NCBI GenBank assembly: GCA_030591685.1
Contig: JAUVAX010000010.1
Location: forward strand, 1-64,000
DNA: 64,000 bases
Direction of reading: 5' to 3'
Source of the DNA: Pseudobdellovibrionaceae bacterium
GTDB taxonomy: Bacteria; Bdellovibrionota; Bdellovibrionia; Bdellovibrionales; UBA1609
This document shows, in pieces, positions 20,258 through 31,083 of the stretch. The translations under genes were made by a program, and so were the position numbers. Position 1 is the stretch's first letter. Each line of letters begins with the position of its first letter. The notes under the pieces are model-generated. The model was not told where the DNA came from. It searched no databases and was given only the letters and a program-made list of their open reading frames with translations.

Positions 20258-20830
20258 ATGTTAAAAATTTTAACACTTGTTTTAGCTCTTGGTTTTATAG
20301 GTTGTTCAGCCTCTCATAAGAAAAAAAGCAAAGTGCACGACTTAAAAGAGATGCAACTGGAAAAAGAACAAGAAATCTCTGGTGGTGATAAGGTGGGCAT
20401 AAGAGATGATACTTTTAAAGTACAAAAAAAAGTGATGCTCGTTGAAAGCCTGAGAGACCTTGAGAACACTGCTTTTGGTATGGAGTATGAGGTCTACGGT
20501 AACCGAGTTTACGGAACTAAGGGGCTTTACGGAGCGTACAGAGACTGTCGCACCGAGGTGAACTCTATTATTTATGGTGGTTCAGGTAAAATGAAACCCA
20601 TAGAGCCACCGGCTTCGGTTGTAAATGAGGATAAAAAGTTTAAATACGGGATTGATAAAAAAGGTGACCTGGTTGGTGTGACAGAAGAGTTTCTCAGTGA
20701 GCGCATTGAGCGTTTTAAAAAATATAAGGTCAAATTAACTAAGAGACTTAATGAGTACGAGACAAAAGTCCGTATTTGTGAAAATGACTTAAAGCAGGCT
20801 AAACTAAAACAGAATCAAAAAAGTCAATAA
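20258..20830 (+). CDS. Hypothetical lipoprotein with coiled coil
   Basis: GGAGG RBS before ATG 20258; lipobox FIGC. Confidence 0.75.
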   Translation: MLKILTLVLALGFIGCSASHKKKSKVHDLKEMQLEKEQEISGGDKVGIRDDTFKVQKKVMLVESLRDLENTAFGMEYEVYGNRVYGTKGLYGAYRDCRTEVNSIIYGGSGKMKPIEPPASVVNEDKKFKYGIDKKGDLVGVTEEFLSERIERFKKYKVKLTKRLNEYETKVRICENDLKQAKLKQNQKSQ

Positions 20831-20873
20831 AACTCAAGTAAGTGGCTGGGTTCATGTCAGCTTTATAACGACG

Positions 20874-20902
20874 AAGAGGGCTAAAGTACGGCCCTCTTTT
20901 TT
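20874..20902 (+). terminator. Intrinsic terminator
   Basis: AAGAGGGC-N9-GCCCTCTT plus T-run. Confidence 0.75.
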
Positions 20903-20938
20903 ATTGTACTCGTGCTATGAATTACAGATAATTGTCAG

Positions 20939-21595
20939 ATGTCAGATGGTTTAATAAATAAATACTTAAAGACGATTAATAGGCTCAGCGTGAGCGTGCC
21001 GTTTTCTGTTTTTTGGGTGGGCAGTTATCTTTTTATTAACTTTATATTAAATCAGCTTTTAGAGACTGATTTAATCATTGATCCTTATATCGTAGACATA
21101 TCTTTTGTTCTGATTTCTTTGGTCATTTATTGGCAAAACTTAAGGTTTAAATTTAAACTGAAGACTGTTAATAGCTTTTATTTAATACTGTCTGTAATTG
21201 CAGGAATGAGTGTTTATTTTTTAGCTGTTAAAAATTTATTTATGATACCTTTTGATTTTTCTCATATTAAAAACATAATGCTTTTAATTTTACTGGGTCC
21301 TCTTTTAGAAGAGTTGATCTTTAGGTTTTCCCTTTGGGTGCCTTTAATGAGAATCATTAAAAATAAAAAAATAGTAATTTTATTAACCGCTTTTGTGTTT
21401 TCATATGCTCACTACCAAGTGATTTACTTGTTGCCCAAAGACTTATATTCGTTCATTTATTTTCAAACCTTTTATACATTTATTTTAGGGATATTTTGGG
21501 GGTGGCGTTTGGTGAAAACGTCAAATTTTCTTTCCCCTTTGCTGCTTCATATATTTTTTAACACAGGTTTTTATTTTGGATATCTATTAAGTTAA
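20939..21595 (+). CDS. CPBP (Abi/CAAX) family intramembrane glutamic protease
   Basis: EELIFR, FSYAHY and HIFFN motifs; multiple TMs. Confidence 0.85.
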   Translation: MSDGLINKYLKTINRLSVSVPFSVFWVGSYLFINFILNQLLETDLIIDPYIVDISFVLISLVIYWQNLRFKFKLKTVNSFYLILSVIAGMSVYFLAVKNLFMIPFDFSHIKNIMLLILLGPLLEELIFRFSLWVPLMRIIKNKKIVILLTAFVFSYAHYQVIYLLPKDLYSFIYFQTFYTFILGIFWGWRLVKTSNFLSPLLLHIFFNTGFYFGYLLS

Positions 21596-21634
21596 TGAGC
21601 TTACGTCAGAGTAAGCCCATGAACGGACGTTAGG

Positions 21635-24301
21635 TTACTTGTCTGTAAACTCTCTTTTTTTAACAGTATTAAGCAAGATTTCATTTTGTTCAGAAACCCA
21701 AGACCCCTCGTCATTAACAACGGTAGCAAGAACAGTATATTTTTTGTCATTGATAAGTTGGTTGAGTTTGTTTCTCATAAAATCAGGAGGGGAGAGTTTA
21801 AAGAAATAGCGATAGTGCTCCCAGCCAATCCCGCTGACCTTAGTGGGTTGAGGTAGTCTTTCAAAATAGTTTTCAAAAATAATTTCATCCTTTAACACAG
21901 GCACAAACCTTCTGAAATCCATTTTAAGGGTCATGGGGTGGTCAGGAGCTTGCTCAAATTTTTGTAAGGACTTAATTTCAACATAGTAGTCCGGGGTTAG
22001 GTGGTGGCTATTTAAGTCGACATAAAAACTGATGGATCGCAATCGATCACTTGAATTACTAGCGTTCTCAATGTCATCGACAACATCTTTTGAAAAATCA
22101 TCAGGGTAATGGTAAAGAGGCCCATTAATATGAGTCATTTTATTGACCATGTTTTGAACAAAAAATTCACTTAGATACTTAACGGGTTCGGCTGTGTTTT
22201 CGGGGTTATACCCGCCAGCTAATTTAGCCATTAATAACTGAACTGGCGGCATGATAATTAGATTATTAAAGTTGCTGATAAGACCTTTTAGCTTTTTTTG
22301 AGTCGATGTTTCATGCTTAAGCTCGTTGAGAGAGCTGACAAACTTACTGGTCCATCTGTAAAGTGAGTAACAACTGTCCCCTGATTTAAGGGGGTTTGCA
22401 GAGAGTTTTTTAAAGGCATTCTCCCAGCCCTTAAGGCACTTGAATTTTCTAGAGATATGAGGGCGCTTAGGGCCACTTTTTTTTCTGTTATTAGGGTGGC
22501 TCTTACTCCACTCTCTTCTGTTGTTGTTCCACTCGTCTTTATGTTTCTCACCTAAGAACACCTCGGCGGCGATTTTGTAGACTTCACTCTCTGGCAGGTT
22601 GATCATGTTTTGTACATGCTCTTTGTTAAAGGTTAATGTAAGCCCCCAGTTAACAGGTGTGTTGTTAACAATAGTTCCAGCGGCTTGCCTTAATTGGTCG
22701 TATGTATTTTTACTAGGAGTATTATTTAATATTCGCTTTTCCATTGAAATAAGGTCTTCAAAAAGTTGATGATTTCCATATTTATTTTTAAGTAATGAGG
22801 TGAAGGTGAGTACGTAGTCTCGGTTATCAATGGGCACGGGGGTCGCAAAGACGTCTAATACGGAACCTGTTTGTACTTTAACATGGCTTCTGAGTTGAAT
22901 GTCCTTTCTGTCCCAGAGTTTCCACCATCTATTTAAGTTTCTTTCATTGCCTATGAGCTTTTCAGAGCGGTATTGACGTTTTCTGTTAAACTCAGACTCA
23001 AAAGTCTCTTTACTGTGATTAGTTAAGTTTTGGGTTCTGACTCTTGTAAGTAAAGGGAGCTTTAAGTAGTACGATTTATCGTGTCTTTTGGCGTTAGTTT
23101 TAATTTTATTAATAAACGTGACTCCCCTTGGTAGGTCCACAAGGTCGTCTTGATTTTTAAAGTTAATTAAATCAACGAGGTAGTTGTTATTTATAATAGA
23201 CTGAAGCCTCTCTCTGGCTTCGGGTTGTGAAATGTCGAATTCGAAAAGATATTTATTTTGTTTATTTTCATAATCCTCATACTCCCAATCTAAAATAGTG
23301 TAACCGGGCCCAATACTTAGCGAAGGTCTGAGCTTAGCCCATTGAATGCGGCCTCCAAGAGAGGTGATAAACTTAGCCTGTAAGATCACTTTGTTGTTGG
23401 CTTTTTTAACAAGTGAAATCTCTTCGATAAAGCGAGCAAACAGACCACCATTTGATTTGATCCACAAAAACTCACTGCCAACGGTAACGGGGCGAAAAGT
23501 AAAAAAGGAGGTGTGCTTGACGATGTCTCCAATTTGTAAACGTTCATCGTTGGCGCTAAATACATTTACATCTAAGGGGAGGCCATAAATATTGAGTAAT
23601 TTTAAGGCTTCAAGAGGGTTTTTGTTGTACTCTTTAAACTTTTCATTGTCTATGAAGGGCTTTACTATCCATGATAATACGTTTTCAGCCTGACCAACGC
23701 CAGCCTTCCAGATATCACCTAAAACAGCAAAAGTTCTAGAGATAAAACTTTGTTTATTAATGCATATAGTGCATTTTCCAGGAGTCATTAGTTGGTTGAT
23801 GTCAGACTTAGCAAGTGTTGCATTTACTATTGAGGGGTTTCGATTGTTCGCATAAGGAGACCCTTCATTTGAGTCATCAGGAGTTACAAGTTTACCGACC
23901 GAAAATAGTACTCCGTACTCAGCGCCTGAGCCGAGGTTAATAGGCCCAAAAGTCTTTGAGGCCCTTATTTTCGCATATAGGCTGTTAATGACTATGAGTT
24001 TCGAGTGATCTCTAGGGGTGTATGTTGAACTTTTAGATTCATGTTTGTTATGAACTCGTCGAAACCACTTGGTTTCTAAGTCAATGCTTGAGGAGAAATC
24101 AAAATTAAATTTTATGTCGGTTTCTTTAAAAATTCTGTTTTTATCTTCAAACTCTTGATAGAGCTGGTTTCCTATGTAGTCTCCAAAAGTGGCATCTTCA
24201 GAAAGAGACTTACCCCCGACAAAACGATAGTTGGCATTATTAGCGTAGATATTTTGAGTCGTTAAGAAAAGTGCTATTAAAAATAAAAACCCTATGCGCA
24301 T
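21635..24301 (-). CDS. Large secreted hypothetical protein
   Basis: 888-aa ORF, signal peptide, GGGGGA RBS. Confidence 0.75.
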   Translation of the reverse strand: MRIGFLFLIALFLTTQNIYANNANYRFVGGKSLSEDATFGDYIGNQLYQEFEDKNRIFKETDIKFNFDFSSSIDLETKWFRRVHNKHESKSSTYTPRDHSKLIVINSLYAKIRASKTFGPINLGSGAEYGVLFSVGKLVTPDDSNEGSPYANNRNPSIVNATLAKSDINQLMTPGKCTICINKQSFISRTFAVLGDIWKAGVGQAENVLSWIVKPFIDNEKFKEYNKNPLEALKLLNIYGLPLDVNVFSANDERLQIGDIVKHTSFFTFRPVTVGSEFLWIKSNGGLFARFIEEISLVKKANNKVILQAKFITSLGGRIQWAKLRPSLSIGPGYTILDWEYEDYENKQNKYLFEFDISQPEARERLQSIINNNYLVDLINFKNQDDLVDLPRGVTFINKIKTNAKRHDKSYYLKLPLLTRVRTQNLTNHSKETFESEFNRKRQYRSEKLIGNERNLNRWWKLWDRKDIQLRSHVKVQTGSVLDVFATPVPIDNRDYVLTFTSLLKNKYGNHQLFEDLISMEKRILNNTPSKNTYDQLRQAAGTIVNNTPVNWGLTLTFNKEHVQNMINLPESEVYKIAAEVFLGEKHKDEWNNNRREWSKSHPNNRKKSGPKRPHISRKFKCLKGWENAFKKLSANPLKSGDSCYSLYRWTSKFVSSLNELKHETSTQKKLKGLISNFNNLIIMPPVQLLMAKLAGGYNPENTAEPVKYLSEFFVQNMVNKMTHINGPLYHYPDDFSKDVVDDIENASNSSDRLRSISFYVDLNSHHLTPDYYVEIKSLQKFEQAPDHPMTLKMDFRRFVPVLKDEIIFENYFERLPQPTKVSGIGWEHYRYFFKLSPPDFMRNKLNQLINDKKYTVLATVVNDEGSWVSEQNEILLNTVKKREFTDK

Positions 24302-24471
24302 GATGTCCCCCCGAACTTCGTATAAATAATTAAATTATTTATATATATTTATTTTTATACTAGAATGTACTCTAAAAGCTTAATACCATTAGATTATTGA
24401 TGCACGTTTTTTGTTCATGATAGCGGTAAGTTTTATGGTAATATTTGGTAACTGTTTAAAATGAGGGGCTT

Positions 24472-25662
24472 ATGAACTTAGGTATCGATGTTTTTTTAAA
24501 TTCAAAGAGTCATATTGATGAATTAATAGGCAAAAGAGTGGCTCTTCTGGCTCATCCAGCCTCTGTTAATGCTCAGCTTAAGCATAGTATAGATTTATTA
24601 TGGGCCTGTGAGCCGATCAATTTAGTATGTGCATTTGGCCCACAACATGGGATCACGGGTGATAAGCAATATAACATGGATGAATCAGAAGACTTCATTG
24701 ACCCTAAGTACAATATACCAATTTATAGTTTATACGGAGAGCATCGGCGCCCCACCGCCAAAATGATGGAGTCTTTTGATGTTTTGCTTTTTGATTTACA
24801 AGATGTTGGTTGCCGTATTTATACATATGTAGCCTCTTTAATATATATGATCGAGGCTTGTGCTCAGTCGAATAAGCCCATATGGATTTTAGATCGCCCT
24901 AACCCTGTTGGTCGCAAAGTTGAGGGTAGTTATTTGCGACCCGAGTGGAAGAGTTTTGTGGGTGAGGTAGAGCTACCCATGCGGCATGGGCTCACGCTAG
25001 CAGAATTGGCTTTATGGTATAAAGAGACACAAAAATTAGATGTTGAAATTAATGTAATAAAAATGCAAGGGTATGACCCTCAAAAAATAAGTGAGAGCCC
25101 TGTGCCTTGGGTGAACCCGAGCCCTCAAATACCGAGCCTAAAAACGTGCCGTGTATATAATGGGACCGTATTATTAGAGGGCACTCATTGGTCTGAGGGG
25201 CGTGGCACAACTCTGCCCTTTGAGCTCCTAGGGGCCCCCGAATTCCCCGCGGAGGCACTTGTTAAACAATTGTACGCCTTAAAGCCCGAATGGGTTGAGG
25301 GCTGTAAACTGAGGCCTTGTTATTTTACACCGACCTTTAATAAACATACTTCACAATTGTGCTCAGGGCTTCAAATACATACTGATGATATTATTTTTGA
25401 GGACCATAAATTTAACCCCTATAGGTTGATGGGTTTGATTTTTAAGGCTTATAAAAAAATAAGCCCCCAAGGGGCCACTTTATGGAGTCAGTTTCACTAT
25501 GAGTACGAAAAAGACCGTCGCCCGATAGATTTGCTCTCGGGGAGTGAATATTTTGCCAACTGGGTCGATGATAGCGAGGCGACCCCTGAAGACTTAGAGG
25601 GGTATTTACACCCTGATGAAGCCAGGTGGACTCAGGAAAGAATACCTTTTTTACTCTATTAA
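24472..25662 (+). CDS. Exo-beta-N-acetylmuramidase NamZ (DUF1343) family
   Basis: FGPQHG, DLQDVGCRIYTY, LDRPNP, RHGLT, SEGRGT. Confidence 0.9.
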   Translation: MNLGIDVFLNSKSHIDELIGKRVALLAHPASVNAQLKHSIDLLWACEPINLVCAFGPQHGITGDKQYNMDESEDFIDPKYNIPIYSLYGEHRRPTAKMMESFDVLLFDLQDVGCRIYTYVASLIYMIEACAQSNKPIWILDRPNPVGRKVEGSYLRPEWKSFVGEVELPMRHGLTLAELALWYKETQKLDVEINVIKMQGYDPQKISESPVPWVNPSPQIPSLKTCRVYNGTVLLEGTHWSEGRGTTLPFELLGAPEFPAEALVKQLYALKPEWVEGCKLRPCYFTPTFNKHTSQLCSGLQIHTDDIIFEDHKFNPYRLMGLIFKAYKKISPQGATLWSQFHYEYEKDRRPIDLLSGSEYFANWVDDSEATPEDLEGYLHPDEARWTQERIPFLLY

Positions 25663-25710
25663 AACTCTACTGCTTGTGTTTAGTGTTATTTTTAAGTAAA
25701 TGTACTTTAT

Positions 25711-26370
25711 ATGTTGAATAACAATGAATTACTTTTAGCTGAAGAAATAGTGAGTGTATGTAAACGGCTACATGCTAGAAACCTATTAGCCGCTGCTGAC
25801 GGTAATGTGAGTTATAAAATAAATAATGATAAAATTATAATCACGCCCAGTGGGGTTCAAAAAGCATTAATGCAACCTGATCAAATGGCCATTATTAACT
25901 TGGAGGGGCAGGTTATTTTAGGAGCTCCTTCAAGTGAAATGCTCATGCACTTACAAATTTATAAAGACTGCCCTAAAGCTAAATCGGTTGTGCACGCTCA
26001 CCCCCCAACAGGGGTTGCATGGACGGTGGCCCACCCAGAGTTAGAGTATTTACCAAGAGAGTGCTTAAGTGAGGTGATTTTGGCGCTAGGAGAGGTCCCT
26101 ATAGTTCCCTATGCGCCCCCAGGGAGTCAAAAAATGGGTCTAGTACTAAAACCCTATTTACCAAAAAATAGAGCATTGTTGCTCGCTCGTCACGGGGCCA
26201 TTACTTGGGGTGAGAGTTTACAAGAAGCCTTTATGGGCATGGAGAGGGTTGAGCATGTGAGTGAGATCCTCTTTAAAGCTAAGCTTTTAGGGGGGCTAAC
26301 ATCTTTGCCCCCTCAAGATGTTGAGGACTTAAAGCTTCAACGTAAAAAAATGGGGGATCGACTTTTATGA
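25711..26370 (+). CDS. Class II aldolase/adducin family protein
   Basis: DGNVS, TPSG, PSSE, HAHP, RHG. Confidence 0.9.
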   Translation: MLNNNELLLAEEIVSVCKRLHARNLLAAADGNVSYKINNDKIIITPSGVQKALMQPDQMAIINLEGQVILGAPSSEMLMHLQIYKDCPKAKSVVHAHPPTGVAWTVAHPELEYLPRECLSEVILALGEVPIVPYAPPGSQKMGLVLKPYLPKNRALLLARHGAITWGESLQEAFMGMERVEHVSEILFKAKLLGGLTSLPPQDVEDLKLQRKKMGDRLL

Positions 26371-27597
26371 TTCGACAAGGTCTAATAAATCGTCCGTTCT
26401 AGATCTATACATTTTTTCAGGTAAAATTTGAGTTGTAGGTACATCTATCCAAAAAGTAGAGCCAAATCCTGGTTTACTTTTTAGGCCTATAATGCCTCCC
26501 ATAGATTCAATGATACTTTTACTTATAGGTAGGCCCAGACCAGTGCCGTTATGGTGTTGAGATACTTTGTTTAAGGTTTCAAATTCATTAAATATTTTTA
26601 ATTTTTCGCTATCGTTTATTCCATGGCCTGTATCTTGAATAAAAACACGAATCCAACTAGGGCGGCTTTCTGCCCAAATAGTAACAGAGCCTTTTTCACG
26701 ATTATATTTTATGGCATTACTAAGGAGGTTTCTTAATACTTGTCTTAACCGAAGCCCATCAAAGTATGAGAGGAGCTCATTACTAGGAATTTTAAAATTA
26801 ACAGTTACTTGGTTTTGCTTTGCAAAACTTTTTGAGGTTTCTATTTCACCTTTTAAAAGTGTGGTGAGTGATAGATGTTCAATAAAATACTCCATTTTAC
26901 GAGCCTGAATTTTAGATAAATCCAGAATATCATTTATGAGTTCTAATAGATGATGCCCTTGTTCATGCAGTATGTTAATAAACTTTGTAAGTTCTTCATC
27001 GGTATCATAGAGTTTATTTTTTAATAAATCAGCAGTGGCGAACATGGCCGCAGCTGGAGTTCTTAATTCGTGTGTTGTTAGGGCTACAAAGCGATCTTTC
27101 GCTATGTCCAGTTGCTTTAACTTTTCATTTTGATTAACGAGCTCTTCGTAGGCTGATTTGATTTCAATTTGCTTTGCAATAACATCTTTTTGCAATTTAT
27201 TTTGTATGGTCGTATCTTGAAGCATTATTAAAAGGTGCTCTTCGTTTTTTAACAGGACTTTTCTGACGCCTACATTGGCGACAAACTGTGTTCCATTTTT
27301 TTTTTGAACTAAAATGCTTTGATAAAACCCCTCATGCAAGAGCAAATTAAAATTAAGGGGCGTAAAGCCCTTTTCTTTTGCTTTTTTTAAATTTATTTTA
27401 GGGAACAAATCATTGATGCTCAATTGGGATAGGTCTTCAATGGGAGAGGTATCATCTGCGTTCATGCTAATGCCAAGAAGTTGTAGGGACAGTTTATTGG
27501 CATAATTACAGTAGTAGTCCGCAGTATTGAAACTTATAAAGCCCATGATGGCATCGTTGACCATGACTTCAAACATTTTGAGGTTTTTATTGCTCAT
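26365..27597 (-). CDS. Cytoplasmic PAS-like sensor histidine kinase
   Basis: HELRTP H-box, NLLSNAIKY, DTGHG, GTGLGL; no TM segments. Confidence 0.9.
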   Translation of the reverse strand: MSNKNLKMFEVMVNDAIMGFISFNTADYYCNYANKLSLQLLGISMNADDTSPIEDLSQLSINDLFPKINLKKAKEKGFTPLNFNLLLHEGFYQSILVQKKNGTQFVANVGVRKVLLKNEEHLLIMLQDTTIQNKLQKDVIAKQIEIKSAYEELVNQNEKLKQLDIAKDRFVALTTHELRTPAAAMFATADLLKNKLYDTDEELTKFINILHEQGHHLLELINDILDLSKIQARKMEYFIEHLSLTTLLKGEIETSKSFAKQNQVTVNFKIPSNELLSYFDGLRLRQVLRNLLSNAIKYNREKGSVTIWAESRPSWIRVFIQDTGHGINDSEKLKIFNEFETLNKVSQHHNGTGLGLPISKSIIESMGGIIGLKSKPGFGSTFWIDVPTTQILPEKMYRSRTDDLLDLVES

Positions 27598-28489
27598 CGT
27601 CTTTACCTGCAATAAGGCGAATGAAACCTTCGCCGCGTATGAGAGCATGATTTATTTTTAACGCTAGCGCTGTAAAGCCAGAGTCAGGGTCTATAGTGAG
27701 CCTTTCAAAAATTTTTTTAGGGGCATTGAGAACTTTTTTATAACCAGAGTTTCCAAAGTCTAAGGCATGGATAAAGGTATTAGCAAGAGTAACGATGTCT
27801 ACGGTTTGATTGAGCTCAGCACTGAGCCCAGATCTTAATTTTGGGTCATATTGATGATGATACTTAATGGCCGCTTGTAAGTGAGGGGGCAGTTGCCAGT
27901 TAATGGCTAACAAGTTACCAATAGTTGTATGCATTGGCGTGTTGAGCTCCTTTTCGGAGGCGAGATAGGTTATGTTTTTCTCTCTTGCATTGCTTGATAT
28001 TTTATCGACGCCCTCAGGGTCAATTGTGTAGTGGGCGACCTTCCCCATGTCGTGTACAAGGCCGCTTGTAAACATATCAGACGGCAGGGGGTGGTGAGTA
28101 AAGTTCGCTATTGTCTCGGCGGCAATCCCGACTCCAATACTGTGTTTCCAAAATACTTTGACGTTAAATGAGCTGCTTCCGGATACGCTGAGTGTGTCTA
28201 AAATAGAGGTAGATAGTACAAGCTGGTTAACAGTATCAAACCCCAAATTACTAATCGCTCGATCAAGGGAACTCACTCCGCCAGGTATGGCATAATAGGC
28301 GGAGTTTGCGAGTTTAAGTACTTTAGTTGTTAAGCTTAAATCATTAGACATAAGTACTTCTACTTCTGAGGTAGAGCTCATGGGGTTATTAATGACCTGA
28401 CTTAATTCATAAATAATTGAGGGCAACGTGGGGAGCTCATCTAGCTTTTCTGTAATTTGCTCCATGGATATTATTTTTGCATCACTCAT
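27587..28489 (-). CDS. HDOD domain protein
   Basis: LPTLP, LKLANSAYY, FWKHS, HDMGK, WQLP. Confidence 0.92.
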   Translation of the reverse strand: MSDAKIISMEQITEKLDELPTLPSIIYELSQVINNPMSSTSEVEVLMSNDLSLTTKVLKLANSAYYAIPGGVSSLDRAISNLGFDTVNQLVLSTSILDTLSVSGSSSFNVKVFWKHSIGVGIAAETIANFTHHPLPSDMFTSGLVHDMGKVAHYTIDPEGVDKISSNAREKNITYLASEKELNTPMHTTIGNLLAINWQLPPHLQAAIKYHHQYDPKLRSGLSAELNQTVDIVTLANTFIHALDFGNSGYKKVLNAPKKIFERLTIDPDSGFTALALKINHALIRGEGFIRLIAGKDDEQ

Positions 28490-28498
28490 AGTTTAATC

Positions 28499-28915
28499 TC
28501 AATTTTTAAGTATTTTGTTATTTAGTTTTCTCGGGAAAATTTCTTTTAATTTATTTGAAACATTATCAAAAGTTACGGGCTTTAAAAGATAACCGGTCAC
28601 GTTGAGTTCTTTTGCCTCAAGTATGTATTCTCTTTCGGCTACAGCGGAAATGCATAAAAAGGGTAGTTTTTTAAACGGCTCAGTACTTCTAACAAGCTTT
28701 AGTAGCTGAAGACCATCCATTCTAGGCATCATAATGTCTGAGATAACTGCGACTAGGTTTTTTTGATCCTTTGATTGCATAAAATCCCAAGCCTCTTGGC
28801 CGTCTTTAAATGAGTTGACCTCAAACCCAAGCCTTATAAGTAAGTGAACTAAAATATTTCTATTAGGGGCGGAATCTTCAGCGACTACAATGCGGTCTTT
28901 TGGTGGGATACCCAT
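28499..28915 (-). CDS. Single-domain response regulator (CheY-like)
   Basis: AEDS, SDIMMPRMDG, YLLKP; GAGGAG RBS before ATG 28915. Confidence 0.9.
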   Translation of the reverse strand: MGIPPKDRIVVAEDSAPNRNILVHLLIRLGFEVNSFKDGQEAWDFMQSKDQKNLVAVISDIMMPRMDGLQLLKLVRSTEPFKKLPFLCISAVAEREYILEAKELNVTGYLLKPVTFDNVSNKLKEIFPRKLNNKILKN

Positions 28916-28944
28916 AAAAAATGACTCCTCTTTTTGTATACTAT

Positions 28945-28971
28945 ATATCGGTATAAAAACATTTTTTTTAA
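28945..28971 (-). promoter_or_regulatory. Putative sigma28 (FliA) promoter of the RR-HDOD-HK operon
   Basis: Minus strand TTAA-N15-ACCGATAT. Confidence 0.45.
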
Positions 28972-29198
28972 AACGAATCATCACGCGTAACATAATATTT
29001 TATTGAGATGACTCCTTACAAAGGTCAATGGTAGCGCGTACTAGAGCGGATATAAAAGAGAGCCAGAAAAAGTATTTTTAAGCTCATTTTAAAGGGATGC
29101 TTTAAGCGTAAAGCTTTTTACTGCACTTAAGTGACTCGACTTAAATATTAAAAAGTTAGGGTCAGCCGACGAAGCGGGTGAACTGCCAATAAGAGCGC

Positions 29199-29684
29199 TT
29201 AACCTTTAAGGTCTTTGTTCATAAGATGTACTTTTTGTTTTTGTTTCTCGCGAAATTTTAAAAGCTGGGTTTCTAATTGAGAATCTACAAGTGCGAGTAT
29301 TCTTATCGCTAAAAGTCCAGCGTTATATGAGTTGTCAACGGCCATAGTCGCAACAGGGACACCCTTAGGCATTTGTACAATAGAAAGGAGGGCATCAACA
29401 CCCTCTAAAGAAGTCACATTTACCGGAACTCCGATAACAGGAAGGGTTGTTAATGAGGCCACCATGCCTGGTAGGTGAGCCGCGCCCCCAGCACCGGCTA
29501 TAATTACAGAGTATCCATTAGCTTTGGCCTTAAGGGCAAAGTCCATCATTTCCTCTGGGGTCCTGTGTGCTGAAACGACGTGTAAATCATAGCTTACGCC
29601 AAACTCTTCGAGAGCCTTCGAGGCATCGGCCATAACTGTTTTATCTGAGGTGCTCCCCATAATTATTGCGACCTTATGATTCAT
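29199..29684 (-). CDS. purE: N5-carboxyaminoimidazole ribonucleotide mutase
   Basis: [30 protein letters not shown]. Confidence 0.97.
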   Translation of the reverse strand: MNHKVAIIMGSTSDKTVMADASKALEEFGVSYDLHVVSAHRTPEEMMDFALKAKANGYSVIIAGAGGAAHLPGMVASLTTLPVIGVPVNVTSLEGVDALLSIVQMPKGVPVATMAVDNSYNAGLLAIRILALVDSQLETQLLKFREKQKQKVHLMNKDLKG

Positions 29685-30802
29685 ATTTTAAAATCTCCCC
29701 GAGCCTTTTTAAGGCGGTTTAAGGCTTTGTCGGCAGAAGAGTCCGTCGTGCTTAAGTGCCCCATCTTACGTCCAGGTTTATGCTCTGACTTTCCATACCA
29801 ATGAAGGTTTACATTTTTAAGGAGCGGGAGGTGTATTCTTTTAGGGGCCACTGAAATCAAATTATACATAGCAAAACCAGAGCTTAAAATTTTTGGACGA
29901 GTGAGGGGTTGATTTAAAATAGCTTTAATATGCAACTCAAACTGGTCTTCACTCAGCGCATTCATGCTATAGTGAGCCGAGTTATGCACCCGCGGAGCCA
30001 GCTCGTTGATTAAAAGCCCGGCTTTAGTTTCAAAGAGTTCAAAGGCTAAAAGCCCCTGATAATTAATGTTGTTCATAAATTTTTTAATTTTTAACTTCAA
30101 AGAGGTCAGCTTGTCAGTAGCCACTGGGCCCTTCACCCAAAGGCACTTTGCGTTTTCTTGGTGGGACTGAACAAGAGGTAAAAAAGCAAACTCACCCCTT
30201 TTGTTTCTACAGACAGAAAGGGCCAACTCTCTTTTAAAAGGGATAAAGGCTTCTGCAATAAACCCATAAGGGTTATTATTGAGGGTGTTCTTAAGTTTAT
30301 TTAAGTCAATTTTGCTTTTAATAATAAAGGTTCCGTAGCCATCGTACCCAAAATGTCGTTGTTTGATAACCATTTGGGAATTAAAATTTTTAAAAGCATC
30401 AAGGGCCTGCGCGAAGTTTGAAACAGAAAGGTAAGAGGCCGAAGGGAGTTTGTTTTTTAAAAGTAATTCTTTTTGTGTTTTTCGGTCTTGGATAAGGCTC
30501 ATTACCCTCACTGATGGCAGTATTGTTGTTTTTGATTTTTTTTGTGCTTCTTTTAAAATATTAGAATTTAAAAACTCACTTTCAAAAGTAGCTATGTCGA
30601 CAAGTTTTAAAAACTTTAGAAGGTCTGAGCGTTTATAGAGATCCCCTTTGTGCCAATGTTGTACCACTTGGGCTGCGGGGTCATGACTTGAGGGGCTGAG
30701 TACATAGGGGATAATCCCCATTTGATGGCATTTCAAGGCGAGCATGCGAGCCAGTTGACCACCACCTAAAAAACCAATTTTAGTTATTTTTTGTACGGCC
30801 AT
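29681..30802 (-). CDS. purK: N5-CAIR synthase
   Basis: [29 protein letters not shown]. Confidence 0.95.
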   Translation of the reverse strand: MAVQKITKIGFLGGGQLARMLALKCHQMGIIPYVLSPSSHDPAAQVVQHWHKGDLYKRSDLLKFLKLVDIATFESEFLNSNILKEAQKKSKTTILPSVRVMSLIQDRKTQKELLLKNKLPSASYLSVSNFAQALDAFKNFNSQMVIKQRHFGYDGYGTFIIKSKIDLNKLKNTLNNNPYGFIAEAFIPFKRELALSVCRNKRGEFAFLPLVQSHQENAKCLWVKGPVATDKLTSLKLKIKKFMNNINYQGLLAFELFETKAGLLINELAPRVHNSAHYSMNALSEDQFELHIKAILNQPLTRPKILSSGFAMYNLISVAPKRIHLPLLKNVNLHWYGKSEHKPGRKMGHLSTTDSSADKALNRLKKARGDFKI

Positions 30803-30805
30803 TTT

Positions 30806-31069
30806 TTAACCTTGCTCGTTGTTAATTAGAGCATCAAGCTCGCCACTACTATTCAGTTGTGCAAGTTCAGTGTACCCGCCGATAAATTTACTACCGATAA
30901 ATATTTGTGGCACGGTGTAATGTTTTGTTGTGCTTTTTAACTCTTGAAGCTCTTTTGGTTTATTGTCGAGAATAATAGTTTCAGCTAAAATATTTTTTTG
31001 CTTTAATAGATCCAGAGCGCTAATGCAAAAAGGGCAATGGGTCCAAATGTAAATTTTAACTTTACCCAT
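30806..31069 (-). CDS. Glutaredoxin 3-like protein
   Basis: CPFC, TVPQIFI, GG motif. Confidence 0.9.
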   Translation of the reverse strand: MGKVKIYIWTHCPFCISALDLLKQKNILAETIILDNKPKELQELKSTTKHYTVPQIFIGSKFIGGYTELAQLNSSGELDALINNEQG

Positions 31070-31083
31070 GTGAGGGCTCCTTT

